Under the pieces are notes generated by a model. It saw only the letters and a list, made by a program, of their open reading frames with translations. It did no database searches and was not told where the DNA came from. Made by a program: the position numbers and the translations under genes. This document shows, piece after piece, positions 52,701 through 64,000 of a stretch of 64,000 bases of DNA (positions are counted from its first letter, which is position 1; every line of letters starts with the position of its first letter). Source of the stretch: Tubiluchus corallicola (Eukaryota > Animalia > Priapulida). Location: NCBI GenBank assembly GCA_030141605.1, contig JAQGDQ010002370.1, positions 275,167 through 339,166 of the forward strand. Direction: 5' to 3'.

Positions 52701-55700
52701 TGGTTATTTCTTCAAATGTATACTGTGTGCAATGAAGCCATAGTGTCATAGACATTTATAATAAAGTAATAACAGCGAAGCAGCGAACGAATTCTAGAAA
52801 GGCAAAGCTGTTAACAATTACTTATTCATGAATAATAAACGCATTATGTTTAGGTGTTTGCTTGAGTTTGAGACTGCTCAGACATTTGAACAACAACGTC
52901 TAATAAGTACAAGATCATGCGGTGGTCACTTGATGATTGGGTAGCAGATGGCTTCATCGTTTGTAATTTCCAGCCATAATTATTGTTCGTCAGCGTTTTC
53001 TGCCGTTGTGCAAATCTAATATGACCGCTTGACACATCGTACACGAGATATGACCACAGATTTTGTAGAAGGAGATATTGTATCTTGCCATTGCAAATGT
53101 CATCAAAATTTCTGTTAAGCCATTTGTTTAATAGAAACCCTTCCCATCTTTCCAAGGTGCGGAATGGACAACGAGGTCATAAAAAATGACACAACTTTTA
53201 TTACCATGTAAGGATGACCAAGTCCTAGTTAGGCTAAAAGGAAAAAAGGAAAATTCATTTTCTTATTGAAAAACTAAACATGAAGAATAACTATTGTAAT
53301 CTTAACGTCAAGATTATTATTACAGTGGTTTTGTACCATCACAAACACGAAGATTATTTTTTATAAATTATTTTAGTTTAATAATTCCGTTATTAAAGCC
53401 TACTTGGCAGTGTCATTTCAATATAATAGTCTCATATTATTAAAAATCCGCGTGATAATAAGCCGGATTGCCGTGGACATAAAATTTGATATCGATAACT
53501 ATATCCGTAATCCATAGATTTTACTTCATTTTTCGTGGATCTATCCTAACCTCACAGTTGGTCACACTGCAAATGTAGAAAAGCAAATGATGAAATGCTT
53601 ATATTTGTATAAAATGCATTAAAACAGAAGCGCGCTTTTATCAAATACACAGACATGTAGCCCTATTATAGAGGATATAAATGTCATTCTCTCGTATTCG
53701 TATCTTTCAGGCGTTTAGTCATCCTTAAACGACAACTTGAACGGTTTTGCATCAAAGCTTTGTCCATTTGACTTTAGCTTTATATAAGGAGTGTAAGAAG
53801 AGTGTAAGAGTGTACGACCTCTGGCTGAGGAAAGGACATTCCCGAAACGCCACCAGTCTTAGCGATGATAATGCCTCTGATATGCGTGTATCATTTCCAA
53901 TGTTTTTTTGTCGTCGCTGTTCTGTTTTTTATTCGCTTTTTTGTTCCTGCTCTGTATGATTGTGTTCTCATGTTCTTATGCTATACAGGCGGCTTAAAAT
54001 ATAGTTTGACCCCAAAATTCCTACAAAAGGTTTTTCAGCGGTTTTTTCATAGTACCAGGTGTGTTTCAAACCATGTTAAAAGTTCACAATAGTTTAACGA
54101 CTAAACAGGCCTAATTTTCAAGATGTCATCAAATGTGGGTAAAAATATTTATTTTTGTTTTCGTTATCCATCCTAGATAAGTAATTTTTGTGTCTAATCG
54201 CGTGTCTTTCGAATCGAGGACTCTAATTTGCATATTTGGGTATGCATCCTTGCTTATGCTCCTTAAATGACTGTGAAACATGTAAATATTAATGACACTT
54301 TCTGAACTGCTTAGGCCTGTGGGATTCCAAATTGTGAATAGTGACATTGTCAGTCAGTATCCGGTGAGATACATATATGTAAATGACCTTACTCTTAGCG
54401 AATCAACAGGTTTCAAAATAGTAAATTAGGTGATGTGGTTAATGAACTATCCAGTTAAGCAGACTAGGACAGCACGTTACGCAAACTAACAAAATGTAAA
54501 TTGTTGAATTTTGATTTTTTTTTATTAGAAATATAACCACATAACCAACAGATATTGGTCTAAATGACACAATCCCGTAGTAGACCATGAAAAGCTATTG
54601 AGAGTCACTTTACAAGGAAGCTTAGAGGGGGATATCTTTGTCAATTCTTTAACCTCAAAAGCTGATTGTGCATTTTAAGGTTTCTGACACGTTTAAGTCC
54701 AAATGACGTTGGTCTTTTAGAAAACGCAATTGCCATCTGATTTTACTCCTCCCATTTTGCCATTTATCTTCAAATATGAAAATGTTCATTATTCTTTCAA
54801 TATTCATCATAGACCAGGAATTTTTCGTCTTAACTCCATGTTTCGGGGTACTGGGATGCATGGCAGTGGATGTCCTCTGCAACTGCACCGAGATCGCATG
54901 CAGTTGTGCTTTCCGGAGGAGCAGAAGCTTGCTACAAACGAACCGATAATTCTCCACGTTCCATTTCAATCCCATTCACACTATTAGCTGATAATACGCT
55001 CTAAGGCAATAACATTTAGTTGAGGATTTTGTAAAAGGGAGACATTCTGGGGTAAGAAAAGACTTGGCAGAAACATTTTTTTGCTAAAAAGGTCATAGCG
55101 TAAAGGGGCGAGTGAATGGGTACTCTTGTCACCAAACAAAATGGCCGTTGCCTCGCTTCCAAAGCCTTCTGTAATATTAATTGTTTGATTCGGGAGGAGA
55201 AATGCATTACCACAGGCCTGTGTAGTTTCACTCTTCACAAGTTAGTTTCTGAAACCGTGACTTTTCCCAACTCTAAAATACGTTAAGCAGTATCACGTCT
55301 ATCACGTTGCATAGTAACCGTTAGCACCTCAAAACTACACAGGGCTTGTTTCATATCACTGATGTCGTACACTGTAGGAGCTGCTGGTTCGTCTGAACGA
55401 AATGTTTTTCGTCTCAGCATAATAGAGAAGTGTATTGCTTTGGTTGCCAAGACTCGCTACATAAATAGCCTAGGCTACATAAATAGATGCCAAATATCTA
55501 TCTCAAAGCCAGACCTTTCTTCTTCTTCTTCTTCTTCTTGAACACAAAATAGGGACGCATAAAAGTTGTGGCTATTGTAGACGCCACACGGAATATATCA
55601 ACGGATAACTAGTATCCATGAACCATCAATATAGATATCGACGGGCGACGGCAACCCCGTATCCTTCAAACGAAAGGCCACGCAAGTGGGTTTACAAGAG

Positions 55701-57444
55701 TGTATATCGTATTAGTGGGCCACCTCGGAATTCACAAATTTGTAATCACTTTATAATAATTTAAATATGCTAACTGGATTTTCGATCCCCAAAACATGGG
55801 ATTAAACACCAAAATTAATTACCTAGGATGAATAGTGAACAAGTGATGTGTCTTTGGTGCCACTTGAAAATTAGACTTTTCAAATGGTTAGTAGATTGTG
55901 GTAAACTTTTTTTATCAGTATCAGTGGTATATTCAGCCGCCAAATAGAAACTCTGTCAGTATTCCAGAAGAGTGTTAAAAATATTAAACGATTTCTGTTT
56001 GACTTGCGACAGTTATTGTATTTCTATTTCTACTTCTACTTCTATTGTGTCAAATTCATTAATTTAAAGAATAGGGGCTGTCATTAATTTAAAGAACAGA
56101 GGCTTTACCATTATCTTTCGTTCCATGATTAACGACACTTTGAAATGTCAGCACTTCAAAAGTTCCAGAGATTGTCCAGTTCTACAAGAACAATTTTCTA
56201 GTTCTGATTATTTCTATTATTTCTAAAAGAACCGCCAACGAGTTTTATATTATTGTTTGTACGGTGATGATGTTTTTCAATAGGCCTACTAGTATTAGAA
56301 GCATTATGAGAAGCAAAAGCTCTTAGGAATAGGATCTCTAAAATCCTCGTCAAGATGTTCTCGTATTCCTTTTAAAACGGTCTTAGTGATTCTCGCCCCC
56401 CTCAATGTAAGCAATTTTTAATCCCTGTGCTTGCCATAATTAGTTTCTATCTATTATATATTACACAAGGGCTTAAAAGCAGCAGTAATGACAAAGCATT
56501 TTTCGTGGTCAAAACGAACACGTTTTGTAAACGCTGAAAGCTGCTCCTGAATTTAAGAAACAATTGCCTATACTAATTTGCCTATGCTAAACTACATCCA
56601 CACCAATTAGTAAACACTCCATATTTACGAAAACAGAAGTTAAGTCTACAATACTTACAAAGGCAGGCAGCCACGTGGCGTAGAAAACCATAGCGACAGC
56701 TACGATAACCTGAGAGCAATCCAGAAGGACCTTCTTGTCCATACAAGCTGACGGCCACCTATCTTCATATCCATGTTTGGATAGTTTTGAGAGAAATCCA
56801 GAGGCTTTGAAGTTGGCACCCGTTGTGAGAAGTAGATTTAGGTAACCCACGCTTAAAAAACTAACGTAGAAAACCTTCTGGTGAATGGACGATGTGTCAT
56901 CGGGAGCTAATATCAACGGTCGACAGGTGTCGCCAGCCATGGCTTCAGGTGCGAAACCAATTAGCGGTAGTAAAGAAATGGACAGAGACAGAGTAAAAGA
57001 TATGGCCACTAAAAGCCGGGCGTTTCGCGGATATCTTCGAAAGCTTTTTCTAGTTAAGGTGTGTTTTAACGTGACTGCTCTATCTACACCCATAAGAGTC
57101 ACTAAAAACATCGAGGACAACTTTAACCACACAGTAAAAATTTGGTAAAAGTAACACGTCCTTTCTCCACCCCACCATTCTTGCCTAAAAAAAGATATAG
57201 CTGTCAATGGAACTGGTACTAATACAGACACCAATGTGGACACGCTCAATAATGCCACTAACTCGTCCATTATTAATCGCTCTCTGGTCGGTTTTATGCA
57301 GCATACTACAATCACAGGAAGTATGTTAGTTATCACTAAAAGGCCATCTAGCGCCAAGCTGACCACACCAGAAATGTTACCGTACACAACGGAAGGGCGT
57401 TCGATTCTTTCTTCCCACGTCCAACCTACATCGACATCGGCCAT
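39839..57444 (-). CDS. Class A (rhodopsin-like) GPCR, prostanoid/EP4-receptor-like, with long C-terminal tail (3 coding exons, 632 aa)
   Basis: Exon 57444-56659 encodes TM1-TM6 and ends WLPAF|gtaagt. Exon 41872-41665 begins tttcag|VVITL, carries NPFLY and helix 8, and ends aga g|gtttgt. Exon 40743-39839 begins ttacag|, is phase 1 and runs to TGA. Phases 0 and 1 match across both introns. TM2-TM3 (LVALLSVSTLVSVLVPVPLTAISFFRQEWWGGERTC...LSSMFLVTLMGVDRAVTL) parallels EP4-type receptors. An intron at the end of TM6 is a known feature of prostanoid receptor genes. Confidence 0.85.
41665..41872 (-). CDS. GPCR coding exon 2 (ECL3, TM7 NPxxY, helix 8)
   Basis: Reads VVITLTKLGYQLKISTVMYIMLSTSLPGLFNPFLYGFLAQSYRDGYRKTVTALCCGG. 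Acceptor is tgtttcag. The frame joins exon 1. Confidence 0.85.
43299..43430 (+). repeat. Dispersed ~130-bp repeat, copy 1
   Basis: Aligns with 46092-46224 (aagaactttcca...cgcttac.tg.ttgaaagactt.tgta...aaaatt.ttaataatttaaa). Confidence 0.8.
45400..48100 (+). mobile_element. Heavily decayed Penelope-like element (RT and GIY-YIG remnants), interrupted
   Basis: Colinear remnants: TFLRSGYNIYQLK / RKLLHVAIQQVK (N-terminal region, 45450-45660), VPLRPICSF (47006-47032), FWFED, TV*YENGSML, ILPHV, DNFSIVA (~48023-48043). The order fits a Penelope ORF. No intact frame, and the boundaries are approximate. Confidence 0.45.
46092..46224 (+). repeat. Dispersed ~130-bp repeat, copy 2
   Basis: Direct, diverged copy of 43299-43430. 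Confidence 0.8.
48100..48850 (-). mobile_element. Second decayed Penelope-like fragment in opposite orientation
   Basis: The minus strand gives ISRKGFN*F (~48540-48510; cf. the LxKGLNF motif) followed by RENVLFRPICS (48216-48184; cf. HKxxVPLRPIxS). Confidence 0.45.
54640..55260 (-). mobile_element. Possible decayed LINE ORF1 / start of APE remnant
   Basis: HRPVVMHFSSRIKQLILQKA resembles the RPIIVRF...ILxxA motif of LINE ORF1. A downstream SMMNIER may be a degenerate WN(I/V)xG. Frameshifted. Confidence 0.3.
56659..57444 (-). CDS. GPCR coding exon 1 (N-terminus and TM1-TM6)
   Basis: 262 codons with six hydrophobic segments, N1.50, TM3 Cys, DRA in place of DRY, and TWLP. Ends at a canonical gtaagt donor. 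Confidence 0.9.
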
Positions 57445-59065
57445 TTTACAGGTTAAAAGTCGGCTACTTTAATCCAGTTACTTCCTACATCCTACATCCC
57501 AACAGTTGTGCACGCTCCCTGTTTTGCAAGAATCCTGTCTCACCGAAGAACTTTCAAACTCAGTAATTGAGGCATTTTAACATGTGAAGTCACAGCAGGT
57601 TTGTTTCTCATGCACGACACGTTTCACACGTCTGGTAAACATCCATTGCTAATGTAACGTTCGGATTTTTAATTGCGGTGCAGCCAAAAACGGAGAGCTC
57701 TTCTTAGTTTGTTCATCAAATAAAAATCGTGCTCAAATCAACTGTAGATAAAAATCTTTTTCTCGTTACTTTGTATTTGCGATGTAAACTAAAGTTGAAT
57801 GGATAGCATTACTGTACTTGGTAATGAACACGCCCCTCAGTACGTTTGATGATGCTGTGAATGGACCTAATGAAACGATGACGCCCAGCAGTAACTTCAA
57901 TTTGCTTCTCAAACGCAATCCGACCTACTGAAACGACGGGCAAATTATTCATTTTACGGCTCTCACTGGAAGCCGCGCGTTTTCAGATTGTGAACTATGC
58001 CACGCGTTGACTTCGCTTTATATTGACTAAAGAAAGAATTCAATAATGACCGATGCAATACTGCAGCGGCAACTAGCGGCTTTGGCTCTATGGGGTTACC
58101 GCCTGAGATAAATTGCACATTTTGCGGATGCCTTCGACTTTGATGTGTTTCACTGGAGCGTAGTAGACTTATTGAACAAAACGCTTCGTGTTCCGCCGCG
58201 CCAACTTTTATCATACTATGAAAATTTCCATGTTCTGCAAACAGCATGAGAAGAGAACTTCAGTTCTTGCGCTAATCTCTTTTTGAAATCAAGTTGAGCT
58301 TGTCTCTCAGTTTGGGATTTTTCCAGCAAGTGATATTGCTTCTGCAAAAGAATTCAATTCTACAAACTCTTCAAGTCCTACAACTAGAATCGTTTCAAAT
58401 ATGCGAAAGTGCTGCATCATGATTTTATTTACAGTTGCGACCACCCCTTTATGTCTAAAACTGAAAATAAGGCCAATTACATTCTTTAGTAACATCATCA
58501 TAAAAAATATGGAAAGGCCTAAAAACTATAGAAATAAGGAATCAGTGCTAGGCTAAGTAAGTACAGTACACTGAATAGTATAGTAGCTATTTCTTTAAAA
58601 ACACGAGAAAGATTACCATTGGATGAGATTCAAGAGAACGTCAGCATTAAAACATTACAAACACGCTAAAATTCACAGCATGAGAGAAAAACAAACATTA
58701 TCGAAGTTACCAATATTTTTCTTATCTATAGCTTTATCATTATCTTTCCCATGTTTTTACAAAAATTCTCTTTTTACAGCTACTATACTATGCCTATTTA
58801 ATCTAGCACTGATTTGATTATTTCTGTAATATTTTTAAGCCTTTTGATAATTTTTGGTGATAATATGATTGCTTTTGGCCTTATTTTCAGCACAAGAATT
58901 ATTGTAAACCGAAACGATAAGCGCTACTGTGAGTTTTAATGAATGATTTCAATTCTACTTACTCTTTCGTCTCAACAATCTCTGCATTTATTAAAATAGG
59001 TTATTGTAAATTACTGTTTCAACTTCAAAGATTTTCGCAAATAGCTGTGTAATTTCAGCTACCTT

Positions 59066-59093
59066 TGTTGTTGTTGTTGTTGTTGTTGTTGTT
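59066..59093. repeat. (GTT)n microsatellite
   Basis: Direct reading. Confidence 0.95.
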
Positions 59094-60253
59094 AATTGCA
59101 TTTTTGCTTCACATTTAATATTTTCCGACAGAAAGAAGTAACAACGTTTTGTAAGCTGCGGACAAATGAAAAGTTTAACACTTTTTAGTTACTGAGCCAG
59201 TTGTCTAAAACAGAGTATTAAAATAAAAAAATGTAGTTTTCAATTAATCAGCTAAGCCATATAATACTGCTGACGTGTTACATCAGCATGACATGTTAGC
59301 ATTGTTGATATAAATGCATTTTCTATTCCGCTGACAACCTTGTGTAACAGTATGCATATTTTAATAGATTATTATCATGGGGTCGTATGTCGATCAACGG
59401 CGTGTTAAAATGAAGCCATGTGGAGTAAAAGAGAAAACATTTACCCAAGATTTGATGCTCATGTGTCTTTTAATATATATATATATATATATAAGCATAT
59501 TTCTTGTGCACATTTCTTGTCGTGGGGGAGGGGTTGTGTATTTGGTGAGATAGACTTGTGTACGTGAGGGTAAGTGAGTGCGCGTGCGCGCTTTTTATAG
59601 TTGCATTAAATTGCAAATTGGTTATATAATTAATCAGTTAACTTCTAACCTTAGCTGGTTAAAGCAATTTATTAGCTGGCTGTCGAAATAAAAGAATCTA
59701 ATTTAATCTCGTGTAATCTTAGCTACTTACCTACTTAACTTCCTACCTACCTACCTACCTACCTGCCTAATCACCTGCTTGCCTTACTGCCTGCTTGATT
59801 GCTACCTACCATCTCACATTTTTTGTTAAGGTAGGACACCATGCACTCGTTTAAGCAGGATTCCATATATGCGTAATATGTGATACATAGCACGTATAAA
59901 ACAGTTTATATTTAAATACATGTAATGCTTCCATGTGTAGGTCTACTTAACGCGCAATCCGTAATGCGTGATGCGTTATACGTATTCAGTTAAACATGAT
60001 TGACCGGTATGGTTCGAATGCGCAACAAGCAGTAATACGCAGACCGGAAACCGTCTTTGCCTAGGTGATTTAACGAGTTTTCAAGTTTCAGGTAACCATT
60101 TTCGTTCCATTTGAGTTGTAGAAGAAGCGTATAAATATACATATTTTTGCATCTAGTTGCAGTTCTTTACCTAGGTAGTGAAACATGCCGGATTGTTCTC
60201 TCCCCTACAAAATCTTATGCACCAAAACCTGTCTCCTTTTGAATTTTTCCGTG

Positions 60254-60255
<2 letters not shown>

Positions 60256-60296
<41 letters not shown>
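60256..60296. repeat. (TA)n microsatellite
   Basis: Direct reading. Confidence 0.95.
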
Positions 60297-60299
<3 letters not shown>

Positions 60300-61699
60300 C
60301 AATGAAAAGTTAATGCCATCGCTGTTATTTCTTGATCACTGTCGCGTTGAAACTTCGACGGAAACACGCCATCTAAAAATTATTACTTCCAATTTTCATG
60401 GACAGTAACCAAAAATAGCTGAAAAAGCGCCGCGAGCTTTGTTGATACGCACGGCATTCACGGACCTATGAAACCTATGGATACATCACGCATTACGCAG
60501 TATGCGCACATGGAGTCCTGTCTATGGCTTATGTTAAACAAAATACTCAAATGTATTTCTTTGCCAAAAACAACTATAAACGAACAATGATAACAATAAT
60601 AATCATAATACTTGTGTAGTATCAGCAATAATGATAGGAGTCGATAACGATGTCAATTACTGAGGCAGCGATTGAGTTTCACAGGATTTCAAGTACAGTA
60701 TAGAACTGGCCATGAAAATTATAATGATTCCATGCCAGATAATCATCAATAATCACTTTATTGTGCAGCTGACTTTTCTTGATTAACTGAACTTGTCGAA
60801 TGTATGAACTTGCAGTGATGATCTGTCAGGTACAATTAACTAGTTTCAGTAAGCACGTGATTGTAAATTGTATACACAGACTGCAAAGCTACGAACTATA
60901 GGTTGGTGCCTTACAGTTTCACAATCATATTACTACATTACAGCCTATCTACTGCGAAGGCGAATGGAGTAGAGGAAGAGCATCTAAAGAGCTCAGCATC
61001 CTAATCGATTTTCTCGCCATCTTCTGGCAGCAGCGATTCCGCCAGCGAATCTCTATGCTGTGTATCCACAGAAATACTTTTCTACTTGTGGTGACATCTT
61101 GTGGAGGAAAAAGTTTATTTTCTCAAATTCAGTACCTGAAACAGCAAAGACAGTTATAATCATAGACACGAACGCACACATATAGGCACATACACTCACT
61201 CAAAAAATATGCTGTATAAGGATTTTAGCCTGAGTGCGACTATTGCATGCGGTAATAACTGGAGTTAACTGGATGTATTAAAACCAACGAATTGGTCTTT
61301 TAGATAGATAGTGTGGCCACGAAATTTTCTTAAAAGCTTTATCCAACACTGCAAGCGACCTAGTCAAGCAATCATCGTTGTCGTGAATCAGAACAGAAAC
61401 CTTTACTCACAGATCATTTATTAGAGATCTATAAGTATAATAGCGAGGACTACTGATAAGGGCGGTGCCACCTCATTTTCTGACATATACAATGTTATGT
61501 TGCAACCTAACGAGTGTTTTCTTGGAAAAGCTGAATTTGTTTTAAATTTAAAAAAATCAAAGATGGCTGCAGATCAAGCTTTTCATTATATTGTTACATA
61601 CATCTCAGAAAACATTATACGTAGATAAATGGTATACAATGTGTTGCAGTCCTTATTGGATTAAATTAAGTCAGATTATTACCCAAACCTGAATAACAT

Positions 61700-62135
61700 T
61701 GGTGTTTGTTACCCGTTAATATTCAAAATGATCGCGAAAGAAGCAGTTCTGCAAGAACTTGCACTCCAAAAAGAAGTCACAGAAAAAATGCATACCTAAG
61801 GTATGATCAGCAGGTACCGTAGCTTGTTTTCCAAGTTTTTTTTCTCAGGCACATGTTGATTGGTTTTTTGCGGGACCTGTTACATCTTTGACGGCACGTG
61901 TGGCATTGAGTGGCATTGAACACATTCTAAAATGTGAGATGAAAGCAACACATGCAGTAGGACCATCAAGCTGTGAGTAGCTTATTTAGTGAAGCCTGTC
62001 CTCATCATGATGTTATTCATTCGAGTTGAAAGAAAAGGTGGCATGCTATTTTACTTGGCAGCAGTTAAAAACACACTGCCTTATATTTTTTACGGTATTC
62101 CACGTAAGCTATGCAAGTTACGGGCTCTGTTACCT
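61700..62135 (+). mobile_element. Remnant of a transposon-associated protein family (RAERxGxWxLHL...MLPYF...NYARYG type)
   Basis: 61992-62132 reads KPVLIMMLFIRVERKGGMLFYLAAVKNTLPYIF then, after a frameshift, HVSYASYGLCYL. This matches a motif I recall from repeat-associated invertebrate proteins. I cannot assign the superfamily with confidence. Confidence 0.5.
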
Positions 62136-63793
62136 GTTGGCTTGTCCGGCTTGCACCTGGCATGGTTTGGCATCAAGTGGTTTCGAACCAGCTAGCGTTG
62201 ACATGTCTGCTTGTTCCTGTTGACGTTTGTTTTCACGGATCCACGCTTATCAGTCGCTAGGGCTCACTGAGTTCAGGACTTGTGTCAAAAGGTACGTTTT
62301 TCTGTTGGTAGCAGTTGACGGTACTTGCTTTTCCGCAGCTGCGGGCAGTAAGCGTAAGATCCTCGAGCGGAGATGCAGTTTCACTGTGATGAAGTACTTT
62401 TGTTGTAAATAGCAGTTGTAGAGTCTATATGGATTACAATTTAGTTTGTGAATAATTCAAGGTGAAACAGAGTATTTGTGTCGTCGTTGTAGACAGCTTG
62501 TGGGCAGCTTTATGGCTTTACACAGTTGCGAAGCTTGACGCTGAAATCACTAGTATCGGCACAAAGCCGTTCTGGCGACCCGCAGATGTATATCCCTCTG
62601 GTGAGACCCGATGACGTGAAAGAACGCACTTGGCTTTCTCGCTATTTTTGTTCCGTGATTACCGGAGAAGTGGAACAGCTTTTGCGCTAAATCTAGCTTA
62701 TCCCTTACGATGTCAGCGTAACTACTTGGGCAAACCAAACGAAAAACATCCGTACAAGGAGATGTACGAGAAGGTCATTTTGGACGCTACGGGCAACTAA
62801 TTGTTGCTGAACCCGGCTTTGACGTGGCCAGACCTCAAGGCCTTTAATTTTTTATTTATTACCAGTCTCTTAACGTACGTCTCTGTTCATGTAATTGTAA
62901 TTGAGCAATTGTTCAGAAATTTCACAAAATGTTGTCGTAAATTTTCTTGTAACGTTACTCGCTACTGAATTTCAATTATTTTTGTTAACACAGAATAGCA
63001 GGCCTATGCGTTACTCCATTTTATACGTTTCATTTAACAAACTTTAACTTTAGTTTTATGTAGTCGAATTTCCGCAGTTTGACATTATTTCCTCAGTATA
63101 GATGTTATGCACACTTAGCTTTTTTATGTAGCGAACACTTTGCGTCCAGTAATAAGCATTATGCAACATGAAAATTTCATCGTAAACTCCATATAATTCT
63201 TACATATCTTAGTATAAAACACGAAATTTGTCTTTACGATGAACATAAGCGTTAACCGCTTTCGTAAATCTTTTTTCGCACTTTCTATAAAATTACTTGA
63301 AGCGTAATTAATTTTTCAATAAAATTTAATTTTTTCTCATACGCGCTTCATGCAGGATCACGATGGTGATCACAGGGTGATATTATAAATAGACACCTCT
63401 TACGAATCAGTATCCCGGCGTGGAAGCACTGCTGCCCGGTAAAATGACGTAAGTCAAAATGGCATAGGAAAAAAAGGAAAAAGTGTGCAAATGGAAAAAT
63501 AGGAAAAGAGGGACAAACGACTTACACAACATGAGCTCTGAATTAGAGTTATTGTTCGGGATAATTATTTTCGTTATTTTGACCTCTACCAAGGAAGTTA
63601 TGCTTCATGCTGTTTGTTTTTTGCCTGTCTATAGCTGCAAGTCTATTACCCAAAGGCCCACCTAATAGATTTCTATGAGAGTAGGAGACAAGAAAGACAC
63701 AATTTTTACCAGATTCCTGGATTGGGGATGGAGCAGTACTGCCAAGAAAAGTATATGTTTTTTCGCACGTTCTTTGTTTTCACAAAACCTGAC

Positions 63794-64000
63794 CGAACAC
63801 TACGCACAGAAAACATTGGTGAAGCAATTCGTAGAGGTCTCGAATACTACGCACAGAAAACACTGGTGAAGCAATTCGTAGAGGTCTCGAATACTACGTA
63901 CAGAAAACATTGGTGAAGCAATTCGTAGAGGTCTCGAATACTACGTACAGAAAACACTGGTGACGCAATTCGTAGAGGTCTCGAATACTACGCACAGAAA
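63794..64000. repeat. 47-bp minisatellite, at least 4.4 copies, running off the window edge
   Basis: Unit cgaatactacgYacagaaaacaYtggtgaagcaattcgtagaggtct at 63794, 63841, 63888, 63935 and 63982. Confidence 0.97.

Noticed and set aside
41873-56658. Extra GPCR exons (a second 7TM unit) or a nested gene in the 14.8-kb intron
   Set aside because: I found no hydrophobic exon-like frames. Exons 1 and 2 already join in phase to give a complete 7TM, and the coding-like patches look like TE relics.
56885-57472. Plus-strand ORFs overlapping the GPCR exon
   Set aside because: They are antisense shadows of a real coding exon, with no independent features.
57963-58501. Two minus-strand ORFs upstream of the GPCR start
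   Set aside because: They have no recognisable domain or splice link to the GPCR frame, and are likely UTR or intron.
60915-61135. Possible non-coding 5'UTR exon of the GPCR (minus strand, tgtttcag acceptor, gtaagg donor)
   Set aside because: The splice-like signals are plausible but all frames are closed, and it cannot be supported without transcripts.
63794-64000. CRISPR-like regular repeat
   Set aside because: The units are contiguous with no unique spacers, there are no cas genes, and the context is eukaryotic.

Overview
AT-rich, intron-rich eukaryotic genomic DNA that looks like an invertebrate animal; it is not prokaryotic. The left half holds two complete tandem white-type ABCG half-transporter genes on the + strand. 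Each has 19 exons with identical intron positions and phases (about 683 and 674 aa), and each needs one GC-AG intron, at a different position. Between them lies an orphan copy of gene 1's last exon with a dead splice acceptor, probably the relic of a third paralog or an alternative terminal exon. The right half holds a convergent 3-exon class A GPCR on the - strand (about 632 aa). It has a prostanoid-receptor-like 7TM core, a 14.8-kb intron at the end of TM6, unusual microswitch residues and a ~335-aa tail ending in a PDZ-type motif. Introns and intergenic DNA carry decayed retroelements (two back-to-back LINEs, Penelope-like fragments, a SINE head, a Helentron-like element), 122-bp and 47-bp tandem repeats and many microsatellites. 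All gene models were spliced and translated by hand, and family calls rest on remembered motifs, not database searches. I see no clearly new biological system. The best leads are the diverging white paralog cluster and the atypical GPCR.
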